Shown here: positions 26,301 through 39,700 of the stretch, in pieces
Layout of the letters: each line of letters starts with the position of its first letter
Numbering within the stretch: position 1 is the first letter of the stretch
Assembly: GCA_016748015.1 (NCBI GenBank)
Contig: JAAOMT010000675.1
Coordinates: forward strand, 248,001 to 312,000
Origin: Geosiphon pyriformis uo1
Taxonomy: Eukaryota; Fungi; Glomeromycota
DNA: 64,000 bases
Reading direction: 5' to 3'
The notes under the pieces: generated by a model
Databases searched by the model: none
What the model saw: the letters and a program-made list of their open reading frames with translations, nothing else
Told to the model about the DNA's origin: nothing
Made by a program: the position numbers and the translations under genes

Positions 26301-26513
26301 TATTAATAATACTATATTATTTGAAATTATTCAAAAAATGTCTTTTTTGAGTAAGTTTTCTTTTAAAAATATCAATATAATATAGTTTAAACTGATTTAA
26401 ATAACTGATTATATGTAATAAGTCTGTAAATTACACTTAGTTTGGAACTCTTAGTTTGATCAAAAGTATTATGTAGTGATTAGATTATACTTATTAAAAC
26501 TTAATAAAAAAAA
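23305..26513 (+). mobile_element. ORF1-only (HAL1-like) non-autonomous retroelement with LINE 3' UTR and poly-A, interrupted by a solo LTR
   Basis: Decayed ORF1-like frame (RRM-like segments such as WLVLINKNNIRI, and a zinc-knuckle remnant CFWCQSLDYLALNC at ~24723-24764). It is followed directly by a tail at 26390-26513 that aligns to the LINE 3' UTR 23075-23203. There is no ORF2 in between. Confidence 0.7.
24825..25752 (-). mobile_element. Solo LTR (928 bp) of the Gypsy family at 60420-64000
   Basis: Termini TGTTA...TAACA. 4-bp TSD ATGC (24821-24824) / ATGT (25753-25756). The reverse complement matches the 3' LTR starting at 63592. Confidence 0.85.
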
Positions 26514-27637
26514 ATTATAAATTAATTTAATAAAAATATTCTTTAAAAATTAACAACTTTTTTATAATTATTACTGTTTAAAATTTACAAATTCTAACTA
26601 ATATTTTGAAATTAATTAATTATTAATTTTAGTAATTACTTAATTAATTTTAAATTTAGATTAAAAACAATTTATTTTATATTTTTATATATTTTTTTTT
26701 TCTTATATTATTAAATAATTTATAGTCAAAATTTTCTGTAAAAAAGTTAATTTTTATAATAAAATAATTATATATTATTAAAAAACTTACAAACAAAATT
26801 TTTGCAAAAGGATTAATATTTATTGTAAAGTAATTACACAAAATAATTGGTATAAAATTAATTATTTTATTATAAATCTAATAACAACAATAATCCAAAA
26901 TATAAAAAAATATTTTGAAAATAAATTAGCTTATTAAAAATTTATCAGCTTTTATTAACAATAAAATTAACAACAAAACAAGATTAATAATATTGTAAAA
27001 AATAACAAAAACTTTTAATATTATTATTAAATACAAAAATACAATATATTTAATCCAAATTTTTTTTGATTTAAAACAAACAGTTATATATTTTATCTTA
27101 ATATTAACAAATATGTAATTAATGATATATGTTTTTTTACTAATATTTTTTAACAAATTACTAAAATTATATATTATAATATTTTAAATTAATTTTTTAA
27201 TAATTAAATTATCTAATTTTTATTAGTTTTAATTATATATACTAAGTTATTTTTTAATTAAAACTAATTACTTAAATATTAATAAATTAGCTTAATTTAA
27301 TTTGATAAATTTTACTTTAGTTTTTTGTTATAGTCTAATAAATTATTATTAGATTAATACTATTTAATCAAACTTAAACAAAACTAAAATAATTGTTTTC
27401 TTAAATGTATTTATAAAATTTTTTTAATTATTACAGTTTAATATAAATAATTTTTTGTTTTTTAAGATTACTATTTACTAAAAAATTTTTCATTAACTAA
27501 AATTTTTTTTTTTTATTTTTTTTAATAAGTGAGATCCAAATGCGACCTAGTGCTATACATCATATAAATGATCTAAACTAGGTGCAAATCATGCAATTTC
27601 TACACGTGACCAGCCACTTGGGCCAGTCAGGACTACA

Positions 27638-30600
27638 CTATACATCTATATGCACAAAAACTGGATCTCCAATACCTGAAAAAAATGGACAAAACTTACG
27701 AAACCCAAAACCAACTCCAAAAGCCTCAGCCACCCCCAGCAACCTGACCACACCAGCCGAAAACACTATAGGCAAACCAGAAATTGAAGCAGGAGCGGAG
27801 CCATCACGTGGAATCAAACCGTGCTTTTCCATAAATGCTCAGTGTTTGGCCCAGACCAACCAAACATCTTTCCGAAACGCTAGACAAAACTCATGCACAA
27901 AGCTCACAATCCTCTTAGCACCCTTCTTAGAATCTTTAAAGACCAAAACAGACTCACGAAACCATTTATCGAAAACAAAGCCCTTACACAGAGCAACACC
28001 AACCCCAACCTCAGAAACACAAGAAGCCAAGGCCTGTAAGACACATAAAGAAGAGCAAGAAAGACCAGAAAGAGCCTCCCAAGCTGAAGCATGTGCGCCC
28101 AACAAATGAGCATGGCCGACAGCATCCTGAGGACACGAAAAGACATGATCTGAGGTTTCAACGTCACCACAAAACAGACAGACCACATTGGGGTATCTCC
28201 TATCATATAAACATTTGCACACAACAACAGGAAGCCGATGATGGAGAGCCTTCATAAAGTAAGTACAACAGTCTGCTGTGCACATGTTGGTAAAACCGGA
28301 TGCCAAGTGAGAATCGGGGTGCCACACCATAGAAAACATAGACCAATTGATATTAGCATGCAAACTATTATCCACAATATAAGAACCCACTCCAATCTCC
28401 CAATGAGCTTGATGAACTGACCGGAAAACATCACAAATAAAGTGTCTAGAATTACCAGAAACTGCCGTATTACCAGCACATAAAAAACATTTACTGACTA
28501 AATAAGGTAGGCACCAAGCAGAGAGAGCAGCATCTTTGGTGAGTGCATTAGCACGCTCATTGCCTGAGACACCTGAATGACCTTTTACCTTAACCCAATT
28601 CACATCCAAATTCTTTTGATGAATGACGGTGGCAATGTGACAACGCTCGATCCAACAGCGGTTCCTGAAATCCAGACAAACCAGTAAAGACTCTGACCTA
28701 CATGCATCCAAAGCAGCCTGGCTATCTGAGAACAAGTCAATTGAACGAGAAAAAGAAACACACTCAAGGGCCAAAGCTATGACTTGTAGTTCTGTCAGAG
28801 TAGAAGAAACCAAACCAGACACCCCAACACCCAAACCCAAGTTAATGTCCTCAAAAAAAACAGCAGCATCTGCTCTCATGTCAACAGTGCCCAGACCAGA
28901 AAGAGACTCATCCGTATACACAGAAAGGCGGGCAGCATCAATGGTTGGCAAAGTGTCACGAATCACACCAAAATCACGAGAAAGATGAATATCAGACACA
29001 GCATGACCATCCACCAAAGAAGAACTTGAGGAGAGAGGCACAACGCTACCAAGAAAGCGAACAGAAAGATTAAACCAGAAAGGGACTAGGCCACGAGGGT
29101 CCAGCCTCTTCCAACGCTTGAAGATCCCCCAACTGAAAACATCACCATTACAGTCACGAAGCTGTTCCACGAAAGCAATTCCATAATGCCTGAGTGAAGA
29201 GATATACTTGAAAAAACAGGATTTACCAAGAACCAAAGACATAGGAGTACTGCACTGATGACAAAAAGCACAAGCTAGAGGGCCTCCCAAAGACAAATCA
29301 CACCCAGAAAAAATGTGAACCACACCTGCCAAAAAATTATCCGAGGGACTGATACCAACATGAGCCGGAAACAGTAAGGGATGACAAGGACGCCAGTTGA
29401 GAACCTGGAGGTCATGAGACCTATAAGAAAACAAGCGACCCAAGACACCAGTAGAATTTGCAAAAGCAACAACGGAGGCCAATTTACTCTCAGCTTGGAT
29501 CTGTTCGAAAGTTTTTAAATTGTACAAAGAGGGGTGATGAAGTGCATCACTGGGGAAATCACATGGCAATCCAGACTTAAACTTTAAGACCTTGCATACC
29601 AAAGCATCCCATTTACTACAAACACCAACAGAAACAAAACTGAACTGAGTTCTGTAGCTGATGATGGGGAAAAGAACTGCAAACACCAAATATGCACACT
29701 GTTTGTCCGAAATCGCCTTTCTCAAAACAAGATTCACAAAAAACCGTACATCAGCCTGAGTTTTAGCCAAGCTAGGCTTCAATAGACTCTTAGAAGACAA
29801 AAAAATACCCAAATAGCAATGAGATTCCCCTCTCTTGGCAATGGAAATAGGCACACCACTGATAGTTAAATGAAGATCCAGCACCCAGCAATTGATGAAG
29901 ATGGCCACCGTTTTGTCATTGTTCACAGAAATATCGTTAAACTTAAAAAACTCACTAGCAATATCAAGAATGCATTGTGTAGCAGCCTGGCTGCTACCAA
30001 CCCAAATAGTATTATCGACAAAAGCGCCAGCAGCAAGAAATGAAAACAGCCCAGCTTGAGGATCCACTCGGCCAGTTCTTAATATGAAATGAAAATTCAA
30101 CCTGTAATCATACATACTATTTTGTCTCTTGACCTCGCACAAAAGTGAATCATAAAAAATATGCCAGAGAAGAGGCAAGAAGACTTCCCCCTGATCCAGC
30201 CCATTATGGACACAATATCTGTTAGTCAAGCCAAAGTCAGTCATCACTCTGTTGACGTGACCCTTGTGAATACTGCCAAAAAATCTAATAAACCTGTCAC
30301 ACATTTTGATCCTGACTAGACTCTTCCTAAGATGTTCCCAATCAACCGAATCATAAGCCTTGCACATGTCCTGTAAAACCAGCCAAAGTTCACGGTTCTT
30401 CTCCAAGGCATCCTCAACCACAGAACTGATAGCAAAAATGGGAGATTGCGTCGTCGTATCCTTCAAAACTGAAAAATTGTTCCCACGAAGAACATCAAAA
30501 GTGCTGCAAGCCAGAGAGATCCTATCTGAAAAGATCTTGGAGAGAATCTTGCGGGCTGTTTCAATTAAAGCTATAGGACGGGTGTTCGTTAGAACTCCCT

Positions 30601-32326
30601 CCCATTCATATGGTTTAGGAATCATCGAAACCCAAGCTTCTCTCCAAGGCCCAGAGACTGACTTGTCAGCCAAACAGAAATTCAAGAGCACTAAAAGCAT
30701 ATCCAAAACAGATTTGTCACAATGTTTCCATAATTCGTTGGAGATACCAGAAAGACCAGCCACTTTTCCATCAGAAAGATCCTTAACAACAGCTGACAAC
30801 TCATCAAAACTAATCAAACGCATGACATCAGAGAAAGCACCATCGAACACGTAATCCAGAGGCCGATATTAATGAGCCCAATTCTCAAACAAGTCAGACA
30901 CCACCTCACGTTTCCTGGTCCATCTCTTCATAATTTTGTCCACCTTAGACTTAACCAAAACAGGCTCTAAAATCAACTTATCTTCTACAACCAAATGATC
31001 CAGGACCACCTTGCAAAAAGGATGCTCCAAAACACTCCTAATGGTGTAACCCTTGTTCAGCTCAAAACTCTCCATCCTCTTACCAATAGCCTGTTTGATC
31101 GAGGATTCCTCAGCGCACTTGGATTCCACTAACTTGAAGGAGCGGTATAATTTTCTTGCTTTGGCCAGCACAGAACAAATAAGATCAAAATTAGAACCTG
31201 AAAGAAACAGAGACTTAACCACCGATGCACCAGGGGAGTCAAGTCTGTGCCACACCTCCAACAAAGAAGCAAAACCATCACTAAAAGCCAAACGCGAAGC
31301 CTTAACCAACTTAGAAACCAGCAGCTCCAGCTTGTGAAACCTAAAAGAAGTCTTGGTAAACACGTCATCAAAATCTTTGAACCATTTTTTCTTAAATGTA
31401 CCACCCACTGAAAGAACCATAATCTTGTGAACAATGTCCCACATAGCATCCACATCTGCAAATCTGACTGCCACACCAAAAACATCTGAGAACATAGAAA
31501 CATTAGCAGCTGAGACATCCCTGAACTCCAACCACTTAGCTTTATTGGCACTTTTGACGTCAAACTTCCAACAGTCTTTATTCACTTGCTTGTGAAGAGA
31601 ATTCAAACGTGTATCCAAGAGCCCACCCAAACCCAAATCCACTGAAACAGCTTGTTGGTCCATGTCAAAATGCTCACTGACATTCAAAACTTCATGTCGC
31701 ACTATCGCATTGACAAGACTCGAGGAGACAAACACGTAATCAATAGTTTTCTTAACACCCCTAGAATTTTCCCAAGTGGGCATTTTTGCAGCTGCACTAC
31801 CAACTAAAGAATTGACCAGACCCAAATCAAAGCATCTTTTGAAACTTGCACTTTTATGAGAGCCGTTTTTATTAAAATCGCCACTGAGAATAATGAAAAA
31901 AGATTTGTTGACAGTCTTTGCAATGAGAAAATTGACTTCACCAGCCTGAGAGAACTGAACCACCGAAGAAGCACCAGCATAAAGCCCCAAAATCAACACA
32001 GAAAGTTTGCTCTTGAAAAGTAATTTAATGGAAAGGAGCCGACCAGGCACCTCAAAAACCTTGCACACATGACAAGCCAAAGAAACGTCCATGATAACAG
32101 TAACACTTGCACCCAAGTGACCGGAGTCCAAACCAGAAGAGAACACTCGGACACCATCAAACTTGTCCGCAATCCATGGACAAACCTTACTCTTTAATTT
32201 CGTTTCAGTAATGATAGAGACCAAATTGTTCATTTCCTTATGCCACCTAATAATGTCCTCTTGCTTAGCGGGATTGTTCATGCCCCTGACGTTACATGTA
32301 GCAACTTTCCAGACTAAACTGCTCAT
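27638..32326 (-). pseudogene. LINE ORF2: apurinic endonuclease, reverse transcriptase, RNase H, C-terminal CCHC finger
   Basis: APE motifs TCNVRG, ETKL, GDFN, IDYVF. RT motifs RPIALI, QDMCKAYDSV, GLDQGE, AFVDNT (DD>DN), YLGIFL. RNase H motifs YTDES, ELQVI, SDSQAA, WVKVKGHSGVSGNERAN. CLFC-x7-H-x3-C finger. Premature stops at 30869-30871 and 27839-27841. Confidence 0.93.
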
Positions 32327-34115
32327 TGAGTGAGGGGTAGAGACACCGAAAGTGCACCCATACTATCCATCTTGGCCGAAAGGCCTAGAACTGTCTCCAT
32401 CAGACACTTCATGCTGTCTTCCAGCTTAGACACTGAAGATATATCAAAAGACACCACTCCGCAACATTCCCACTACTAGTGAACACACCTGAACCCTCAC
32501 TTATCACTACATCCACCCCTTGATCCTGTGATGAAGGGGTCACCAATGGCTGACATCCAGGGCTAGGCTGGGGAACTGTTGGCCCGAGTACATCCAACCT
32601 CTTAGCCAGCTTACCAACTTGCTCCGTGAGGCTGGTGAGACTGCGCTCAAGAGCGGCAAACCTATCGTTGACTTCCATTGCAACCAGTTGGGATGGCTTC
32701 ATTTCTGAAGAGGAGCCATTATTCACCACAACGTTTTGACTAGAGAGAGGGGGCGGAAAACACCCGCGAGCAATCTTTGCCTAAGAGAGACCACCAAAAG
32801 AGACCGGACGGGCAACTGGAGCCAAGTGTTTGGCATAGATGGTTGCTAGCCTGCTTTTATCCGTATCCGAGAAAACCCTATGCAGCAAACTACCAGAAGA
32901 TAATTTCCCACCAACTGCACAACCCAATGACGTGTGACCCAATTTCTCACACTTGGCGCATTTAGCAGAAATGAGGCGAGACCAGCAGAGATTGGTGTTC
33001 CTGAGTACTGGTGTGGTTCCCACAGCAGCATCCAATGATTCAGCAGAGTCGAAACAAACAACAGCACACCTGGCCCGAGCATACATAACAGAATGACGAT
33101 CAATGACACACGTTTTCTCACCCACAGATCTAACAAAGTCCTAAATATCATGAGTGTTGGTCCCTATCGGCAATGTATAGAGCAGTGCCCTATGTTGGTC
33201 CCTTACATCCCATGCTTTCTTGTCTGAATCAGCCCTAGCCACACGTACAGCATCTTTCCCGATTAAAATAAACTACTCAGCTGCGACCAAATCAGCCTGA
33301 TCCAATTGTTCGAATTCCACCATCGCCTTCTGCCACAGCCTGATTAACTGCATCTTGATCGCCTTAATAACTTCAAACTCGGATAGCACAGCGCGCACAG
33401 CCTCAGCCGATGTTCCAATTGGAATTTCTTTTATGACCACAGCCCAATCTGATCGCTCAGATGATCTCTTAAGATCAATGTTTACCATAATATTTGCACC
33501 AGTAGCCTTTTCAGTGGCTTTCATTAGACTTGATTCGGAAGTGAATGTCACTCTGATGATATCTGAAAATTTTGAGGGAGTAGATGCCCCCCCAAAACTA
33601 TTAATTCCAGAAAATAATTTCCTCACCACCACAAGTTTTTCCTGAGAAGATTTGCCAGCCACTTTATCCAAGCCAATATCCAATGCGAATGACTTCCTGA
33701 CCAGAACATTGACCAAATTTTTCATAGAAGAAGGGAGCTCAAGAGGAGCATCCGAGAAAACACCATCATCACTACCAACTTTTGAGAAGTCAATCTTTCT
33801 CAATGGCTTGCCCAACGCCTTCTTGGTTTTAACCTTCAAACTCGTGGGCATCTGATCATAATCTCTACCAGCCAGAGCTCCACCATCACCATAATCAAAG
33901 CTGGTTTCCTCCACCAGACACTCCTCTTCCATATCAACACTCTCAGACTTAGTAGTGTCCCCAGTCTCTGAACTCCATGAACAAACACCAGGAACTCCAA
34001 CAGCAATCCCTCCATTATCAACACCCTCTGCCAACGCACCTCTCTTCCTCTTTTTTCTTGATGCAACTGCCTTAAAACCACTCTCAGAACCAGAAACTTT
34101 AGCAGTTTTTTTCAT
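32323..34115 (-). pseudogene. LINE ORF1 (RRM-like nucleic-acid binding, CX2CX4HX4C knuckle, coiled coil)
   Basis: Knuckle CAKCEKLGHTSLGC and coiled coil RFAALERSLTSLTEQVGKLAKRL. TAG stops at probable Trp codons (33273, ~33141, 32781) and one frameshift near 32460. The reconstructed end ...SLPLTQ-TGA overlaps the ORF2 ATG. Confidence 0.88.
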
Positions 34116-35700
34116 AACAGCAATAACAGAGCCAACAGTAGCCTCGTAATCGAAGAACGGTTTTGATTTATCGTACTGAATGGTAAAAAACTTCTTTCGA
34201 AAAAACTTTTAACTCTTTTTTTGGGAATTTTGGACGAAAGAGAGAAAGAAGTTATTTAATTTTTTAACTAAAATTATAGTTTTATTTATATTTTTTTTAA
34301 AAATAAATATCAATTAAATAATTTTTTTAAATTTTAAGAAAGTAATAGTTTTTTTAAACAAAAAACAATTTTTTTAATTATAGATAAATTAATATCCAAA
34401 ATATAGAACTTTTTAATAAATATTTTTACTTTTTTTAATTAAATTAAGATTAATTTATTTTTGTTCTAAAATAATAATTTAATATAAAAAAAGTTTTATT
34501 TTTTTTATTTATATTAAAATCAATTATATTTAGTAAAACACTTTTTTAGTTATTAATATTTTTTAGTTATTAGTATTTTTTTAAAAAAAATTTATTTTTA
34601 TTACCTATTTTATATTTATTATAGTTTTTAAGAATTTAAGAATTTTTTAATTAAATCTGTTTTTATGTTTACAAATTGTTTAGAATTAATACTTAAAAGT
34701 AACTTAATTTTTAAATCTGTTTTATTACTTAAATACTTAATATTTTCAATTAAAATTTTTGATTTTTGTGTTAAGTTATTATTAATAAAATTAAAAACAA
34801 TATTTTTAGCTAATTTTTTATTATTATAATATTACTTATAATAATTATTAAATTCAAAACAAAAAAATTTATATTAAATAAAATAGTAAAAAATATAATA
34901 AAATAAAAACAAAAAAGTTTTTTATTTAAAATATTATAAAATATTATAAAATATTAAAATTTTTACAAGATATTTTGCATTATTAAAAATATATTAAATA
35001 TAATATTTAATTTTGTTATAATTATAAATATGAAAAAATTTTGTGTTTTAAATAATAACAATAAAAACATATTGGCTAATTTTAATTTAAATTGGTTTTT
35101 AGTTATATTTTTTAATATATTAATTTTCAATTAATTTTTGCTAATCTTAAAAACAAAACAAGACATATTTTTATACATGTTTTTATCTAATTATATTATT
35201 AAGCTAAAGATCAAATTAATCAGATAAAAATAAAATTAACTGTTTTTTTTTTGTTTTTTGGTATTGTTTTTAATAATATATAAGAAATAATTATTGATTA
35301 TTAAAAATTTACTAAATAAATAGTTTTTACTTTAATGTTTAATATCTTTTTAAGATTAAATTGGTTTTTATTAAAATTGTATTTTAGTTTATATATAAAT
35401 TTATTAATATTAAATCTGTATTTAATAATAATATAAAGCTTTTTTATATAAAATTTGTTTTTTAAGCTTTTATATACTATATTTTAAGCTAACTTAATTG
35501 TTTTATTTCTTTTTTTACTTTTAAAATAGTTAAATTTATAATAATTTTTGAGTTTTTTTTTTTGCTATTATTTTTTTATATGCTATGCTTTTGAATGTTT
35601 TTATAACTAATATTAAAATAATTTTTAATGTTTATAATATTATTAAAGATTTTTTTTCTTTTTTTTGTTGTTATTAATATTATTTTGCTATTAATTATAT

Positions 35701-36553
35701 TGTTAATAAAAAACAATAAATTTTTAATAAGCTAATTTAATTTTTAAAGTATTTTTTATATTTTAAACTATGTATATTATTAAACTTATTATAAAATAGC
35801 CAATTCTATATTAATTATTTTATGTAATTACTTTGTAGTAAAAATAAATTTTTTTACAGATATTTTTATTTGTAAACTTTTTAAACTATGTGTAATTACT
35901 TTGCTATAAAAGTTAATTTTTTTACAAAAAATCTCAATTATAAATTATTTAATAATATAAAAAATAAAATAAAAAATAAAAAGTAAAAAATTAAAAATTA
36001 TCTTTGGTTTAAGTATAAAATTGATTAAGTAATTATTAAAATTAATAGTTAATTAATTTTAGAATATTAATTAAAATTATGAATTTTTAAAAAAGTTTGA
36101 TTTTTAAGTAAATTTTATTAAATTAATTTGTAATTACTAAATAATTATTAAGAAAATAATTTTAAGAAAAAAAATATTTTTTAAAGAATAAAATTTTTTT
36201 ATATAACTTATTATAATACTATTTTATAATTTAACACTTTTTTTTGATAATTTTTTAATTAACTAAAAATATATTTTGTTGTAAATTATTAATTATTTTA
36301 AATATTTTATTAAATTTTTAAGTATTTTGGCAAATTTTTAAATATTACATAGTTTAAAATATTATATAATCTAATTATTATAATTAGTTATACTTATATA
36401 TTATACAAATTAAGTTTATTAATTGAATAGTAATATTTAATAATTTAATAAAATAATAAATAATAAATTAAAATAATAATATATGCTAATTAATAATAAA
36501 AATTATAAAAATAATTTTATGCTATTTAATAATTCAAATTTTTATTAATAATA
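35701..36553 (-). mobile_element. Decayed solo LTR, same family as 24825-25752
   Basis: Begins TGTTAATAAA and aligns by eye along its length with 24825-25752 and with the reverse complement of 22032-26960. Confidence 0.65.
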
Positions 36554-36762
36554 ATAATAAATTTTCAAAGTTTTATTAAAATTTGCTAATATTTTATAAT
36601 ATATTATTGTTTATTTTAAATTTTTTAATATAATTACAGCTATTTTAATATATTAATTAGTTTTAATAAGCAAAAATAATATTAGAATTTTTTTTCTAAT
36701 TATATAATTTTTAAAATCAGTAAATCAGTTTTTTAAATTAATAATTATTTTTATTATTATTA

Positions 36763-39700
36763 TTTTTTTTTTATTAAATACAGTCTAACTACTATTTAAC
36801 ATATAAAAATAAATAAGTAAATCAAACTAAAGATAGTTTATGTATCTTTTATATATAACTAGTTATTTGGACCAATCAAAACAACATTACACATTTATAA
36901 AAACTTCTGTACTATTGTTTATATCAAAAAAAAAACATAATCTACACAAACCAAAATTGACAACAAAAGATTCAACAATACTAAGTAAACAAATTATCTT
37001 TTTAAACAAAAAACTAAACAAACTACACAACAAATTAAATACCACTTTCATATTATAGACCAAACCACTTTTTTTTATATTAGCTCTAAACTTAGATCTT
37101 AATAATTATAACTTACTATAATATTCATTAATCAAATAGTAAATAAAATTAACTATTATAAATTTTACTTTTTTTAATTACCAAAAACTAATATTATCTT
37201 ATTCATTTATTTCTTAAAAACAAAATTCTTGTACAAAACTACATAAATACCAATATTTAAAGCTTTTGAAAAAAAAGTGCTCAACACTAAAGATAATAAT
37301 GCAAAGTAATCTTTTACCAAAGATTTCTATAGCTTAAAATAACCAAAAAAAATATCAAAATACATAAAAGCATTTTTAGAGCAAGTAAAAACATAATTAG
37401 ACAACTTAATATTATCATACATCAAACACAAAATGTTTAAGTAATTTTTATTATAAAGTTTTTTTACAAACAACAACTAATAATCTCTTGTAAATAGGTT
37501 TTATTAAATATATGTATAAAGCAGCTGACTTTTTACTAGTAAATTCAGTTAACATATAAGAGTTTAGATGCCAAACTGAGATAATACATTTCTAATCTAT
37601 GTACTAAATAAGTAAGTTATTTAAAATCTTTACACTAGAACTCACTTTTTATTAAGCATAACAAATAGTTTGATAGATATCACAAACAAAATAATAAGCA
37701 TTGTCTGAAACTATTTGATTATCTGCCATTAAAATTTTCTTATAAATTCTAATAGAAAGAACCAAACATAACTATATAGTAGCACAAGTAAAAGCATCTA
37801 TTTAATCATTGTCTAAATCTTTAAAATAACTTTTTATCTTTATCTATTTTACAGAAATGTTTTTTAGCTTAATTAAATTAGCAATATGACATTTTTTTAT
37901 CTAATATCTGTTTTGAAAGTCAGACTGACAAAGCTTAAGTTTCAATATGTACATATTTATAGCTGCTTGGTTATTTGTATACAAAACTACTGAACAAGAC
38001 AAGAAAACATATTTCAAGACCAAAACAATTGCTTATAGTTTTAGTAATATTAAAGATAATATTTTATGCATCTCTATATTATATTTACTTTAATATTAGA
38101 GAAGTAACTCACTGCTTTACTAATTATCTTTGTTGTATTCAAATCTCTCAATAAATTATTAGTATAAATATTAATTTCTCTAGATTACAATTTATGTAAA
38201 TGCTTATAAACATTTAAAAACTCATTTGAGCTAAAAAAATTTGAATAAACTAGATTGGTAGCAGTCTTATTAAACTTAACAGAAAGATTGTTTATATATG
38301 CTAATGTTCTTCTAAATTATAATAGTATTAGATTTCTTGGGCTCAACTTTTTTTAACATTAAAAAGTTTTTTAATTCATAACCAAACTATGTTTATTCAA
38401 TAAACAGTCTTCAAAGACAAAACCAAAATATTTCAAAAAATACACTATATCAAAATAATAAGCATTTCCCAATATTTTAAACATTAAAAAATAGCCAGAC
38501 TTACAAAATACACTAGACAAATTATTGGCCAAAAAAACTTTGATGTCCAAAAAAATTCTAATAATTCTTATTAGAAAATTGTTCATAATATTAATTTTTA
38601 ACTTGACTGAATACTACAAAAAATTTAGAGATATCTACTTAAAACTTGCAAATTAAAGCACAGTATTTAAATAATTAGCCAAGAATCTCAGCAGTATTAA
38701 AAAATTCAACCACCAAAACTACTTTGACTTCTGTCTGTATTTGCTTAAGAAACTTCAGACTATACAGAAATAAATAATATAAAGTCTCATTAGAAAAATC
38801 TCTTGGCAGATTGGCTTTAAATTTGAGCCTTTTTCTTATCATAATATTTTATTTATGATATATACTCTTAGATATAAAACTGAACTGTATTTGGTAATTA
38901 ACTATAAGCTACAAAACTGTTAAAACTAAATAAAAGAACTGTTTATCTAACAATGCCTTTTTGAAAACCATATTTAAGAAAAATCTAATATTTGAATGTG
39001 TTTTAGTAAGACTTAGCTTGAATAAGTTTTTTATTAACAAAAAAATGTCCAGATATTTATGAGATTTATCAGACTTGACCACAAAAATCAGTTAGTTACT
39101 AATGCACAAAAAAGTCTTTATCACTTTTTGGTTAATAAAAATAGTCACTATTTTATTATTATTATTAATAAAAATATTATTAATTTAGAAAAATTCACTT
39201 ACAATATCCAAAATATACTGCATTAATATCTGACTATTCTTTATTTATATTGTATTATCAACAAAAGCACCAGCTGCAAAAAATGAAGAAATACTTCTAT
39301 TAATTTTTAACCTGTTTTTTTTGTCACAAAATTAAAGTTAATTTTATATTCACACAAATATTTATATTTTTTAACTTTATACAACAAAGAATCATAAAAA
39401 ATTCTCCAAAAAAGTAATAAAAAAACTTCACTCTGATCCAGCCTATTATGAACTATATAGCTATTTGAAAGACCAAATTAGTTATTATTCTGTTAACTCT
39501 GTTTTTATAAATATTTTCAAAGAACTTAATAAACCTATTACACATTTTGATACATTCCAAACTAGATTTCAAATGATATTATCTGACTAAATTATAGGCT
39601 TTGCACATATCTTGTAAAACCAACCAAATTTCTTGACTCTTTTTTAAAATATTTTTTACTATTAAACCAACAGCAAACACAAAGAACTAAATTGAAGTAT

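Larger units (their letters stand above)
22032..26960 (+). mobile_element. Decayed Gypsy LTR (same family as 63592-64000) split by two later insertions
   Basis: Segments 22032-22350, 23204-23304 and 26514-26960 match consecutive parts of the LTR at 63592 and the reverse complement of 24825-25752. It ends in TAACA at 26960. Confidence 0.6.
27503..34254 (-). mobile_element. Young full-length LINE with RNase H (ORF1 + APE-RT-RNH-CCHC ORF2), inactivated by a few transitions
   Basis: Poly-T at 27503-27523 and a short 5' UTR (34116-34254) shared with the other copies. Candidate TSD TTAACTAAAA at 27493-27502 / 34264-34273, with collinear flanks. GC content is much higher than the flanks. Confidence 0.95.
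21180..34600 (-). mobile_element. Old, extremely AT-drifted LINE (endonuclease N-terminus and ORF1) surviving as pieces ~21180-22031, 26961-27502 and 34264-34600 around later insertions
   Basis: The pieces are collinear by eye with the less-decayed LINE at 56200-58100 (e.g. 34275-34340 vs 57870-57950). Confidence 0.5.

Noticed and set aside
27582-34149. Alternative-frame and antisense ORFs over the young LINE (e.g. 27582-28109, 30360-30854, 33355-33645)
   Set aside because: These are by-products of the LINE's codon bias and have no independent motifs.
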